The position numbers were made by a program, and so were the translations under genes. A stretch of 35,501 nucleotides of DNA from NCBI GenBank assembly GCA_964645415.1, contig CAZXZL010000005.1, forward strand, positions 1 through 35,501. The letters run 5' to 3'. The DNA is from an uncultured Methanosarcinales archaeon. GTDB lineage: Archaea > Nanobdellota > Nanobdellia > Woesearchaeales > CAZXZL01. Numbering within the stretch: the stretch's first letter is position 1; every line of letters starts with the position of its first letter. This document shows positions 9,159-19,152 of the stretch, piece after piece. Below the pieces are notes generated by a model. That model ran no database searches. It was given only the letters and a program-made list of their open reading frames with translations, and was not told the DNA's origin.

Positions 9159-9827
9159 GTGATTAAGCTGAAAAAAATTAAAGAAAAGATAAATCCTGTT
9201 AATAATGGTTCTACTTTTATTTCTGGTATTTACAATGATTTAAATGAATTCTCTTCATATTTGAATGATATCTCTTCTAAAATAGAAGATAAAAATAATG
9301 TTAAATATCCTAATTATAACAAAAAAAGAGTAAGTAAATTAAAAAAACCTTCATTAAATAATATTATTAATTATTCAAAAAATGAAGAAAATATTGATTC
9401 GTTAGAAGAAATTTTAGATGAAAAAAAGTCTGATGAGTTTATGAGTAATCTTAGAAAAAGAGTTAAAGAGGAATTTAACTTGATTTCTGAAATTATTAAA
9501 AAAGATTACTTAATTTCCTTAAATCAGGATAATTTTTATGCATCAGTTGATATTATATATAATGATTTATATTTTGAAAATATTCGATCTATTGAAAATT
9601 ATGGTCTTTTATTAGATTTTAAAAGTAGTGATAATATTGATAAACTTATACTTTTAGAAAATGGGAATAAAAAAGTTTACAAAGATAATTATTCAATTGT
9701 TTTTAAAAATAAAACTGATTTAGGTTTAATTGATTTAATGGAAAAAGGTATTTGGATTGAAGATGAAACTTCAGAAGAAGATAATAATTCAAAGTATAGA
9801 CTTAAAAAAGATTATTCTTTAAGGTAG
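9159..9827 (+). CDS. Family-P paralog 4 (unknown function)
   Basis: It contains NNGSTFISGIYNDLNEFSSYLNDISSKIE, YNKKRVSKLKKP and LILLENGNKKVYKDNYSIVFKNKTDLGLIDLMEKGIWI. The start is uncertain because GTG 9159 lies inside an aaggtgat SD-like string. Confidence 0.75.
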   Translation: MIKLKKIKEKINPVNNGSTFISGIYNDLNEFSSYLNDISSKIEDKNNVKYPNYNKKRVSKLKKPSLNNIINYSKNEENIDSLEEILDEKKSDEFMSNLRKRVKEEFNLISEIIKKDYLISLNQDNFYASVDIIYNDLYFENIRSIENYGLLLDFKSSDNIDKLILLENGNKKVYKDNYSIVFKNKTDLGLIDLMEKGIWIEDETSEEDNNSKYRLKKDYSLR

Positions 9828-9832
9828 ATAGA

Positions 9833-10402
9833 ATGGAAGAAACAGTTAAGTTGTTTGAAAAAAAAAGTAACGGATTTTTAGATTTAACAATTAAGTCAGA
9901 TAATTTAGAAACATTAATATCAAAACTTAATGAGTATTCTGATGAGATAAAAAATAATTCTAGCTTATCATCTGAATTTGATAAAAAGAAGGTTAAAACC
10001 TTAAAAAAATTCAAATCTTTAATGGAATTTAATTATTCAATGGCTTACATGAGGGCCAAAGATCTTGATGATAACATAAAGAATGAATTTTCTTTATCAA
10101 AACCATATGGTTATTATTATTCAATTTTTGCAGGAGAATCTAAATTAAAAAGATCAAATGATTTTATAATAAATGAATATATTGGTGCTTGTATTGATGT
10201 TAAAGAAAATTCAGAATTTGATAAGATATTTGTTACTGATAAAAATTATAAGATTATTGAAGAGGATATTACATTAAATAAGTTTATTTTAAAAAATAAA
10301 TCAAGTAAAGCTGTGAATAATCTATTAAAAAGAGGTATTGAATTTGTAAACTCATGTTATAATGAAGATTATGAATTAAATAAAGACTTTTCCTATTTTT
10401 AA
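9833..10402 (+). CDS. Family-P paralog 5 (divergent, 189 aa)
   Basis: It contains FLDLTIKSDNLETLISKLNEYSDEIK, FDKKKVKTLKKF and FVTDKNYKIIEEDITLNKFILKNKSSKAVNNLLKRGIEF. It starts 5 nt after the stop of paralog 4. Confidence 0.7.
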   Translation: MEETVKLFEKKSNGFLDLTIKSDNLETLISKLNEYSDEIKNNSSLSSEFDKKKVKTLKKFKSLMEFNYSMAYMRAKDLDDNIKNEFSLSKPYGYYYSIFAGESKLKRSNDFIINEYIGACIDVKENSEFDKIFVTDKNYKIIEEDITLNKFILKNKSSKAVNNLLKRGIEFVNSCYNEDYELNKDFSYF

Positions 10403-10404
10403 AA

Positions 10405-11016
10405 ATGAGATTAAAAAATAACTATTGTAATTTGGAAGATATCTCTGAGATCTTTGTTTCAGGAATATTCAAAGATTTTAGTGAGATAAATAATTTTCTT
10501 GAAAGTTATGTGAAAAAAATAGAATCAAAAGATAAAAGTAATTATTTAAATGAAGATGATAATTTTAAATTATTAAAAAAAACTTCTTTTTCAATAGATG
10601 ACTTAGTTTCTTTAAATTATAGTTTTAATTTAATTGATGATGATTTAATTAATAATTATAATTTATCAAAAGATATTTCAAATTTATATTACTCTTTTTA
10701 TTTTTACAAAAATAATGATTCCCATTTAGTTGGTACAAAATATGATGAAAGAATAGGTATGAAAATTATCGTTGGTAAGGGTTACATAAATGAATTTTAT
10801 ATTGATAATTATCGAAACTTTATTCTTGATAAAAATGGTAAACAACTTGTTTTTAAAAACAATTCAAAAGAAGCTTTAGAAGATATTATTAACTTTGGAT
10901 TTGATGTTAAAAATAAAGTATCTTTTTTGGGTGATATTATTCCAAAAGAAAAATATAATTATTATGAAGATTACTTTATTCTTAATTGTAAAAGAGAAAA
11001 TATTAAACTAATCTAA
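10405..11016 (+). CDS. Family-P paralog 6 (divergent, 203 aa)
   Basis: It contains IFVSGIFKDFSEINNFLESYVKKIE, FKLLKKTS and FYIDNYRNFILDKNGKQLVFKNNSKEALEDIINFGFDV. It starts 2 nt after the stop of paralog 5. Confidence 0.7.
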   Translation: MRLKNNYCNLEDISEIFVSGIFKDFSEINNFLESYVKKIESKDKSNYLNEDDNFKLLKKTSFSIDDLVSLNYSFNLIDDDLINNYNLSKDISNLYYSFYFYKNNDSHLVGTKYDERIGMKIIVGKGYINEFYIDNYRNFILDKNGKQLVFKNNSKEALEDIINFGFDVKNKVSFLGDIIPKEKYNYYEDYFILNCKRENIKLI

Positions 11017-11106
11017 TTTATTTCTAATTATAATTTTCTAAAAAAGTATTATTTACAAACAAAATTTATAAATTAAAAAATAACTTATTATTCAAATTTA
11101 TTTAAA

Positions 11107-11805
11107 ATGAAATATTTAATAATGTCTGATTATCATGGAAGATGTAGTTCACTTGAAGATGTTATAAAATCAGAATCACCAGATAAAATAATTTCTTTAG
11201 GTGATTATCAAACTTCTGAATGTATTAATAAATATTATCAACTAGTCTCTAAATATAATATTAATTCTATTGATGTCTTTGGAAATCATGATTATGTTAT
11301 TTATGAAGGTAATAATATATATTCAAAAACATTTAAACAATTTGGTTCGACTATTAAAGAGCTAATTGATGAATATAGATTTGATAAAACTGCACAAAAA
11401 AACCTTAATCATTTAATTGAAGAATCAGGTATGAAAAAAGAATTTAAAATCAATGATATGAATGTTTTGTGTGTTCATGGTGGTTTAGATGGAGCATTAT
11501 ATGGTTTTCCTCACTGTCCAGAGAGTTTAAGACCTATTTGGTATAGGATAAGATCAATTAATGATTATAGAAAAAATTTTGAAAAAATGAAAGAAAATTA
11601 TTATCATATCATGATAAGAGGACATGATCATAGAAGAAGTTTTAGTTATTTTAGGAGTGATAGTGTTTTATCATTTTCAATAAATGAAGATAGATCATAT
11701 AATATAAATCAAGGTAAAATGAGAATTATAAACCCTGGTGATTTTTTCAGTGGAAAATATGCTATCCTTGAAGATGAAAACTTAAGTTTTAAAAGTTATA
11801 TATAA
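11107..11805 (+). CDS. Calcineurin-like metallophosphoesterase
   Basis: The ordered motifs are SDYHG (D-x-H), LGDY (GD), GNHD, VHGG and RGHDH. Confidence 0.8.
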   Translation: MKYLIMSDYHGRCSSLEDVIKSESPDKIISLGDYQTSECINKYYQLVSKYNINSIDVFGNHDYVIYEGNNIYSKTFKQFGSTIKELIDEYRFDKTAQKNLNHLIEESGMKKEFKINDMNVLCVHGGLDGALYGFPHCPESLRPIWYRIRSINDYRKNFEKMKENYYHIMIRGHDHRRSFSYFRSDSVLSFSINEDRSYNINQGKMRIINPGDFFSGKYAILEDENLSFKSYI

Positions 11806-11822
11806 TTCTTAATTAGGTTAAA

Positions 11823-12479
11823 ATGGAATATAATAAAATAAATAAAGATACTTATAATAAAATTGCAAAAGATTGGGATAAAAAAAGAAGAAATAGTTGG
11901 GATTCAGTTAATAATTTTTTAAAATCATTCAAAAATAAAGATAAATTAAAATTATTAGATGTTGGTTGTGGTACAGGTAGACACTTAAAAACAGCTGTTA
12001 AAAATGGCTTTAAAAAAGAGAATATTGTTGGTTTAGATTGTTCTTCTTCACAACTTAAAATAGTAGAAAAAAAAGGATTCAATACTATTAAATCAGATAT
12101 GCAAAATATTGATTTAGAGAAAAATTCATTTGATGTTATAATCGTTATTGCATCAATTCATCATTTGATTAAAAAGGATGACCAACTAAAATCTTTGAAA
12201 GAAATAAAAAGAATTTTAAAAAAAGATGGAAAGGTTTTAATTTCGTTTTGGAAACCTTCTTCTAATTACGTAAGAAAAAATGTTGACAAAGGAAAATTCA
12301 AATTTATTGATGGAAGAGTTGCAAGAGTTACATACACTCATAATGATAAAATATTTCCAAGATATTATTATTTCTTTGGAATAAATGAATTTTCAAAACT
12401 TGTAAAAAAAATAGGTTTTAAAATTGAAGATGATTTTCAAGAAGGCTCAAATTATTATTTTACTCTAAAAAATGATTAA
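11823..12479 (+). CDS. Class I SAM-dependent methyltransferase
   Basis: Motif I is LLDVGCGTGRH. The post-I acidic residue is in VGLD. IASIHHL and ILKKDGKVLISFW are typical of the Methyltransf_11 type. The substrate cannot be assigned. Confidence 0.8.
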   Translation: MEYNKINKDTYNKIAKDWDKKRRNSWDSVNNFLKSFKNKDKLKLLDVGCGTGRHLKTAVKNGFKKENIVGLDCSSSQLKIVEKKGFNTIKSDMQNIDLEKNSFDVIIVIASIHHLIKKDDQLKSLKEIKRILKKDGKVLISFWKPSSNYVRKNVDKGKFKFIDGRVARVTYTHNDKIFPRYYYFFGINEFSKLVKKIGFKIEDDFQEGSNYYFTLKND

Positions 12480-12533
12480 TTTATTTTATCAATTATAAAA
12501 ATTTTTAAATAATACTTACAGGTAATAAAGTAT

Positions 12534-13010
12534 ATGAAAAAAAATATTACTTCAAAAAATACTTCAATTTCTGAAATAACTCTCAGAAAGTATGAAAGAC
12601 CAATTAATGTAAAAAAAAGAGAGATTATAAGAAAAATCTGTCTTTCTTTAGGTTTACTTCAAGAAGGAGATTCAAGAGATGTTATAGTAGATATATTTAA
12701 AGTATTATTAGATTCTGCTTCAAAAAAAGAATGGTTAACTTCAAAAGAGATTAGAAATAGAGCTTATGATAATAGAAAATCAAATAATTTGAAGATTATT
12801 GGACTTGCTGATTCAAATGTTCGAAGACAATTAAAGAGACTTAAAGATATGATGATAATAGAATCTGAAAAAAATCATTATGCCATTACTGAATTCATGC
12901 CTTTAACAGAATTATTTGAATCAAGAATAAAACCTTTCTTAATTGATCCTACAATAGATAGGTTAAAAAGTTATTTAAAAAAAGGAGATAAAGAATATAA
13001 TTTAAATTAG
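12534..13010 (+). CDS. Putative winged-helix DNA-binding protein
   Basis: WLTSKEIRNRAY...SNVRRQLKRLKDMMIIESEKNHYAIT looks like an HTH recognition helix plus wing. No specific family is recognised. Confidence 0.45.
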   Translation: MKKNITSKNTSISEITLRKYERPINVKKREIIRKICLSLGLLQEGDSRDVIVDIFKVLLDSASKKEWLTSKEIRNRAYDNRKSNNLKIIGLADSNVRRQLKRLKDMMIIESEKNHYAITEFMPLTELFESRIKPFLIDPTIDRLKSYLKKGDKEYNLN

Positions 13011-13011
13011 A

Positions 13012-13335
13012 ATGGCAAGACCAAGAAAAAGTTTAATCAGAGATAGGTTAGTTAATATTTTATATTATCTTAATGAATCTCATGGTTACTTTCTTTGGAA
13101 AATATATAATTCAATTTATAAAAATATCTCATCAAGAGTTGTATATTATCATCTTGATGTTGGTCAAGATATGAAAATATTTGAAATAAAAAAAATAAAA
13201 AAAAGTTCTGGTGATTATAGCTGGGGAAATTCTTCTAAAAATATAATATATAAACTTTCAGAGAATGCTGATCCAAATCCTGAAAGAGGTTTAAAAGAAG
13301 AAATAAAAAAAGCAAAAAAAGATTTGAAAAATTGA
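13012..13335 (+). CDS. Small putative winged-helix protein
   Basis: RDRLVNILYYLNESHGYFLWKIYNSIYKNISSRVVYYHLDVGQDMKIFEIKKI has a wHTH-like pattern. It starts 1 nt after the previous stop, which suggests co-translation. Confidence 0.4.
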   Translation: MARPRKSLIRDRLVNILYYLNESHGYFLWKIYNSIYKNISSRVVYYHLDVGQDMKIFEIKKIKKSSGDYSWGNSSKNIIYKLSENADPNPERGLKEEIKKAKKDLKN

Positions 13336-13339
13336 ATAT

Positions 13340-13882
13340 TTAAAATAAGTTTTTATTTTTTAAAATATAATCCACTCCAGAAACTATAGTTAAAATAACA
13401 ACTAAATAAACTAAGTAATTAACATAAATACTTTCAGGTAATATTAGAATAAATAAGATCGTAATTATTTGACTTACAGTTTTATATTTCCCAAGATTTG
13501 ATGCACTAATTACAACATTATTTGATGCTGCAATCGCTCTAAAACCAGTAATAGAAATTTCTCTAAAGATAATAATTAAAACAGGAATACTTGAAATAAT
13601 ATTTAATTCTATAAAAGAAACAAAAGCAGATATTACTAACATTTTATCAACTATTGGATCTAAGAATTTTCCAAAATCAGTTATCATATCATACTTTCTT
13701 GCAATAACACCATCTACTTTATCAGTTATTGAAGCAAAAGAAAATATAATAAAAGATAAAAAATAATCATTAAGATAAATTAAAACATAAAGGAAAATAG
13801 GGATTAAAAATAATCTTAAAAGAGTAATAATATTTGCAAGATTTGTAAACTTTCTATTTTTACCTAATATTTTTTCAAACAT
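13340..13882 (-). CDS. CDP-alcohol phosphatidyltransferase (archaetidyl head-group synthase, PgsA-like)
   Basis: DKVDGVIARKYDMITDFGKFLDPIVDK matches D-x2-D-G-x2-A-R-x8-G-x3-D-x3-D. It is a multi-pass membrane protein with N-terminal NLANIITLLRL. Confidence 0.9.
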   Translation of the reverse strand: MFEKILGKNRKFTNLANIITLLRLFLIPIFLYVLIYLNDYFLSFIIFSFASITDKVDGVIARKYDMITDFGKFLDPIVDKMLVISAFVSFIELNIISSIPVLIIIFREISITGFRAIAASNNVVISASNLGKYKTVSQIITILFILILPESIYVNYLVYLVVILTIVSGVDYILKNKNLF

Positions 13883-13975
13883 ATAATTTAATTAAAAATT
13901 ATTACTTTAAAATTTTTCCTATTGACTAAATTAATAATAAATATTATATATTTCTAATTAGTTAATACATATATA

Positions 13976-14803
13976 ATGAAATTTAAAAAATTAAATTTTG
14001 GAACAGCAGGAATTCCTAAATCAACTAGAAGAAGAACTTCAATTAATGGAATAAAATCAATAAATCAACTAGGGCTTGATTCAATGGAATTAGAGTTTGT
14101 TAGAGGAGTTAGGATGAAAGAAGAGAAAGCAAAAATAGTAAATGAAACTGCTTATGATAATAATGTTTTATTAACCGTTCATGCACCTTATTATATTAAT
14201 TTAAATGCAAAGGAAAAAGAAAAACGTGAAAGAAGTTTAGAAAGAATAGAAAAAACAGCAAGGATAGGAAATCATGCTGGAGCATATTCAATCACATTCC
14301 ATGCAGCTTATTATTTAAATAAAACAAAAGAAGAAACATATAATACAGTAAAAGAACTTCTCAAAAAATTACAAATTAAATTAAAAAAAGATGGAGTTAA
14401 AATTGATTTAAGACCTGAACTAACAGGGAGTAAAACTCAATTTGGAAACTTAGATGAAATAATTAAACTTTCAAACGAATTAGAATATGTGAAACCTTGT
14501 ATAGATTTTTCACATTATGCTGCAAGATATTCTGGTGAAAAAAATACAAAAAAATCTTTTAGAGAATTATTTGAAAAACTAAAGGAATCAAATTATTTAG
14601 ATGATCTTCACATGCATTTAAGTGGGATTGAATGGGGAGACAAAGGTGAAAAGAATCACTTAAACTTTGATAAAACTAAAGTTAAATGGAAAACAGTTAT
14701 TGAATTATTAAAAGAATATCAAGTAAAAGGAGTAATTGTATGTGAAAGTCCTAATTTAGAAGTAGATGCTAAAAAAATGAAAGATTACTATAATTCAATT
14801 TAA
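13976..14803 (+). CDS. Endonuclease IV-like / xylose-isomerase-like TIM-barrel protein (AP endonuclease family 2)
   Basis: The spacing of metal-ligand motifs in GTAGIP, MELEF, VHAPYYINL, TFHAAYY, RPELTG, IDFSHY and HMHLSG resembles that of Nfo-like proteins. Confidence 0.65.
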   Translation: MKFKKLNFGTAGIPKSTRRRTSINGIKSINQLGLDSMELEFVRGVRMKEEKAKIVNETAYDNNVLLTVHAPYYINLNAKEKEKRERSLERIEKTARIGNHAGAYSITFHAAYYLNKTKEETYNTVKELLKKLQIKLKKDGVKIDLRPELTGSKTQFGNLDEIIKLSNELEYVKPCIDFSHYAARYSGEKNTKKSFRELFEKLKESNYLDDLHMHLSGIEWGDKGEKNHLNFDKTKVKWKTVIELLKEYQVKGVIVCESPNLEVDAKKMKDYYNSI

Positions 14804-14964
14804 TTTTCAAACTAATGTAAAATTTAGTGTTTAAAAATAGTATTCGTGAATCTTAAAAAATTTAGTCAAATAATCATTTTTGTAAATAAATGAAAGATAG
14901 GTAACATTAGATAGTGATATCTCAATATTAAAAGTTTGTCTTAAATTAATCCCTCTTTTCATCT

Positions 14965-15052
14965 AATTAAAGTTTTATCGGAATTTTATACCTTTTTTAT
15001 TTTGTTTTTATTAATTTCTCTTTTTTATAAACAAATCAGCAGATTTTCTACT
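14965..15052. repeat. Weaker partial copy of the dispersed intergenic repeat, with an AAATC-agca-GATTT palindrome
   Basis: The sequence agttttatcggaattttataccttttttattttgtttttattaatttctcttttttataaacaaatcagcagattttctac aligns by eye (about 65%) with 27190-27270. The 14-mer aaatcagcagattt is identical to 5258-5271. Confidence 0.4.
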
Positions 15053-15245
15053 TTAATATATTTTTAATTAAGTATAAAATTCCTCTTTAAATAATGATAA
15101 TAACAATAAGAGTAATAAAAATAGTAAAAAAATTAAAATTAATAATCCTTATAACAAGACTAAAAAATGAAATAAAAACAAATAAAATTTTATAGAAAAG
15201 TTTTTATAATGTGAATTCATAAAATACTATATGATTGGGTTGGGT

Positions 15246-16070
15246 ATGAAGGAGAAAATCAGAAAATCCTTCAAAAAAGTAAAAAGAGACTTTGATAAAG
15301 TTTCTAAATGGATTAAATATCTAAATAGTAAAGTAAACTACCATGATGAAGCAATAGCTAAAATTAACTTATTCATGGAAGAAAACAATAGAGTTATTGC
15401 AAACAAAATAAATTCTTTAGAAGAGAGAATTGAAAATAATGAAAAAGAAAAAAATAGAATCTTAAATCAAATTGAAGATTTAAATAATTCTTTTGATGAA
15501 ATAGAAAATCTCTACAAAGTAATAAAAACTAATTTAAATGAAAGGAAAAGAGTGAACCAAGATCAGTTTGAGAAGTTAGAAAAAATATTAATTAACAGAT
15601 TTAAAAATGTCTTAGATCGTTATGATAAACTAAAAGATGAAATAAAAAGAGATAAAAGAGAATTAACTAAAAAACAATCAAAACTTAAAAAACAGATAGA
15701 AAAAAATCAAAAAACTTTCTTAAATAAACACAAAGAAATCAAAGATAAATTTAATAAAGAAAAAAAATCAAAAAAAATCAAAAGAGAGCCTAAAAAGAAA
15801 AATAGTGAAAAAAAACAGAAACACAAAGAATTAAAAGAAAAAATAACCCCTGCCGAAAAAAGGATAATTGCTCTTCTTGTAAACACTGATAGACCAATGG
15901 AATATAAAGAAATAGCAAATCAACTTGGAGTGAGTCAAGTAACTGTAAGAAGACATATTTCAAGCATAAAAAAGTCTAACTTTCCCATAAAAATAGCTAA
16001 AAATGACTTAAATAGAAATGTAGTTATTTTAACTGATAAAGCTAAAAAAATAATAAAAACATTTGATTAG
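15246..16070 (+). CDS. Coiled-coil protein with C-terminal helix-turn-helix domain
   Basis: About 200 aa are K/E-rich with heptad-like periodicity. They are followed by ITPAEKRIIALLVNTDRPMEYKEIANQLGVSQVTVRRHISSIKK (HTH). ATG 15231 is an alternative start. Confidence 0.6.
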   Translation: MKEKIRKSFKKVKRDFDKVSKWIKYLNSKVNYHDEAIAKINLFMEENNRVIANKINSLEERIENNEKEKNRILNQIEDLNNSFDEIENLYKVIKTNLNERKRVNQDQFEKLEKILINRFKNVLDRYDKLKDEIKRDKRELTKKQSKLKKQIEKNQKTFLNKHKEIKDKFNKEKKSKKIKREPKKKNSEKKQKHKELKEKITPAEKRIIALLVNTDRPMEYKEIANQLGVSQVTVRRHISSIKKSNFPIKIAKNDLNRNVVILTDKAKKIIKTFD

Positions 16071-16132
16071 TTAATTTATTTTTTCTAAATAAAAACAATT
16101 TATCAACTTTTCTTCAATTAAATAAAAACACT

Positions 16133-16678
16133 TTACCAAGGACTATCCTGCATTTTAAAAAAATAACCAATATAATTTGCTAAAATATGTAAAAAAGGAC
16201 TAATAAAAATAATCAAAGCCCAATATAAGATGTTTGGTAAAAATACATAAGAAAAAATCATTGAACCAATAACAAAATCTATTTGATCAAAAGGAAAAAA
16301 TCTTTCTCCTGATTTCATATCTAACCTTCTCTTAAAAAAACTTTCAATTAAATCTCCAAACATAGCTCCAAAACCTAAAGAAAATCCTAATAAGATAATA
16401 CTTACACTTTGATAACTAATAATAGAAATTGAATTAAAAAAACTAAGATTATACAATAAATATTGTAAAAAAACAGTTATTATTCCAAAAACTGTTCCAA
16501 AAAAAATTCCTCTAACAGTTTTAGTTTTACCAAACAAATAATTTCCTTTCCATTTAATTCCAAAATCAATAGGAAAAGATAAAAAATCAACCTTTTTTAC
16601 TAAAACAGGAGTCATATTTGAAATGTAGATTGGAAGAGAAAAATATATTAATTGTAAAAACAGATTAATAATTTCCAT
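16133..16678 (-). CDS. carS: CDP-archaeol synthase (CDP-2,3-bis-O-geranylgeranyl-sn-glycerol synthase, DUF46 family)
   Basis: It is a 181-aa polytopic membrane protein containing LPIYISNMTPVL, FGKTKTVRG, GAMFGDLIESFFKRRL and PFDQIDF, which is the CarS pattern. Confidence 0.8.
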   Translation of the reverse strand: MEIINLFLQLIYFSLPIYISNMTPVLVKKVDFLSFPIDFGIKWKGNYLFGKTKTVRGIFFGTVFGIITVFLQYLLYNLSFFNSISIISYQSVSIILLGFSLGFGAMFGDLIESFFKRRLDMKSGERFFPFDQIDFVIGSMIFSYVFLPNILYWALIIFISPFLHILANYIGYFFKMQDSPW

Positions 16679-16731
16679 ACAAACTCATTTTAAATTAACA
16701 TACTTTTATAATTTACTATTTTTAAGAAATA

Positions 16732-16739
16732 TTTATAAA
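16732..16739 (+). promoter_or_regulatory. TATA-box-like element (aatatTTTATAAAaa) upstream of porin-like gene 1
   Basis: It matches the shared motif. The SD aaaggtgattc lies directly before ATG 16802. Confidence 0.4.
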
Positions 16740-16801
16740 AAACAAATATTACTACTTAATCATAATAAATTTAATGTCTTGATTATAAAAAGGTGATTCA
16801 A

Positions 16802-17782
16802 ATGGAAAAGTATAAAATTTCTGAAAAAGGAAAAAAATACTTAAAGAAAGCTGCAGCATTCGGTGTTGGAGCTGCTTTAATTGCAAGTAGTTATGTTGGT
16901 GGAGTTTTAGCTAATGATGATATTGAAAAACAAGTTAATGAAGAATTAAACAATGAAACAAAAATTACTCAAGAAGTAGATCATGATTTTGATTTCAAGT
17001 TTGATTATAATAGAGTATCTCATGATGACTTTAGAGAGATTTATGATACAACAGGAGAAGGAGTTGATTTTAAATATGATTCATCTAATAAATTTGAAAT
17101 TGATACTAACATCGGCTTTAAAGATAGTGGATTAATTATTGGTGGTAATTATAGTAATAAATCTTTTTCAGGAGATATGATTTATGGAGAAGATAAAAAT
17201 GTTGGTGATTCAAGTAAAAAAGCTTCAATAATACTTGGAAGGTTAGGATATAATATAGATGAAGATACAATTATTCATACAGGTTATGGAAGTATTAGTG
17301 GAGAAAGAATAGCTAATTTTATCGATGATGATAGAGATTATGGTACTGATTTTAATGATTCTATAGTTGAAATTGGATTAAATCATAGTGGTAAATCTGA
17401 TGAGAATAAAATCAACCTTGAATTTATCTTAGATCGTGCAATAAATGATAATAATACAGGAATTAGAGGAAATGTTGATATAGAATCTAATGGAAATAGG
17501 TTTGGAGTTAATTTAGATAATTCTGCAAAATCTGAATACTTAGTTGACCGTTTAATTGATTTTTATGGATTAAGATCAATAAATGTTAATGATGAAAGTA
17601 GTATAAAAAATTCAGAAATAGGATTAAGTTACCAAAATTCATTAGAAGAAGGAATTGATAACATGATAGGATTGATTGGAAGTTTAGAAACAGAAGAAGG
17701 ACTAAATATTGATTTAAGATTAAAAAGGTCTCTAAATTCTGATACAAGTGGATTAAATATTAGTTTTGAATATGATTATTAA
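16802..17782 (+). CDS. Secreted beta-strand-rich (porin-like) protein, family B member 1
   Basis: There is an N-terminal signal/anchor, KKAAAFGVGAALIASSYVGGVLAND. About 260 aa then show alternating hydrophobic/polar strands (FEIDTNIGF, GLIIGGNYS, ASIILGRLGYNI, SIVEIGLNH, KINLEFILD, NRFGVNLDN, SEIGLSYQN, LNIDLRLKR). It ends in GLNISFEYDY, with aromatic or hydrophobic residues at positions -1, -3, -5, -7 and -9. It is homologous to the C-terminal domain of the 19216 gene. The track start 16793 is a GTG inside the SD. Confidence 0.75.
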   Translation: MEKYKISEKGKKYLKKAAAFGVGAALIASSYVGGVLANDDIEKQVNEELNNETKITQEVDHDFDFKFDYNRVSHDDFREIYDTTGEGVDFKYDSSNKFEIDTNIGFKDSGLIIGGNYSNKSFSGDMIYGEDKNVGDSSKKASIILGRLGYNIDEDTIIHTGYGSISGERIANFIDDDRDYGTDFNDSIVEIGLNHSGKSDENKINLEFILDRAINDNNTGIRGNVDIESNGNRFGVNLDNSAKSEYLVDRLIDFYGLRSINVNDESSIKNSEIGLSYQNSLEEGIDNMIGLIGSLETEEGLNIDLRLKRSLNSDTSGLNISFEYDY

Positions 17783-17810
17783 TTCTTTCTTCTTTTTTTT
17801 CTTTTATTTT
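17783..17810 (+). terminator. Oligo-T terminator
   Basis: The tract ttctttcttcttttttttcttttatttt lies directly after the stop codon. Confidence 0.5.
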
Positions 17811-17838
17811 AATTTTAACCTCTATTTCTAAAAAAACA

Positions 17839-17846
17839 TTTATAAA
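17839..17846 (+). promoter_or_regulatory. TATA-box-like element (aacaTTTATAAAtt) upstream of the SLT gene
   Basis: It matches the shared motif. The SD taggtggtt precedes ATG 17890. Confidence 0.4.
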
Positions 17847-17889
17847 TTACTAACTACTACCATTTAAGGGAAAAAATTAGGTGGTTCTA

Positions 17890-19023
<1,134 letters not shown>

Positions 19024-19152
19024 TTAAAAAAAATTACTTATTTTAATTTCTAAAAAAATCATCTTATATAACTAAATTTATTCAATAATTTCATCTTCAT
19101 TTGTTAATTTTAAATAGTTTATTACTATATAATAACAAACTTAATAGAAATA

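Noticed and set aside
9802-10014. 70-aa minus-strand ORF
   Set aside because: It is antisense to family-P paralogs 4 and 5, both of which have family support. It is a shadow ORF.
11852-12082. 76-aa minus-strand ORF
   Set aside because: It is antisense to the SAM methyltransferase gene across the motif I region. It is a shadow ORF.
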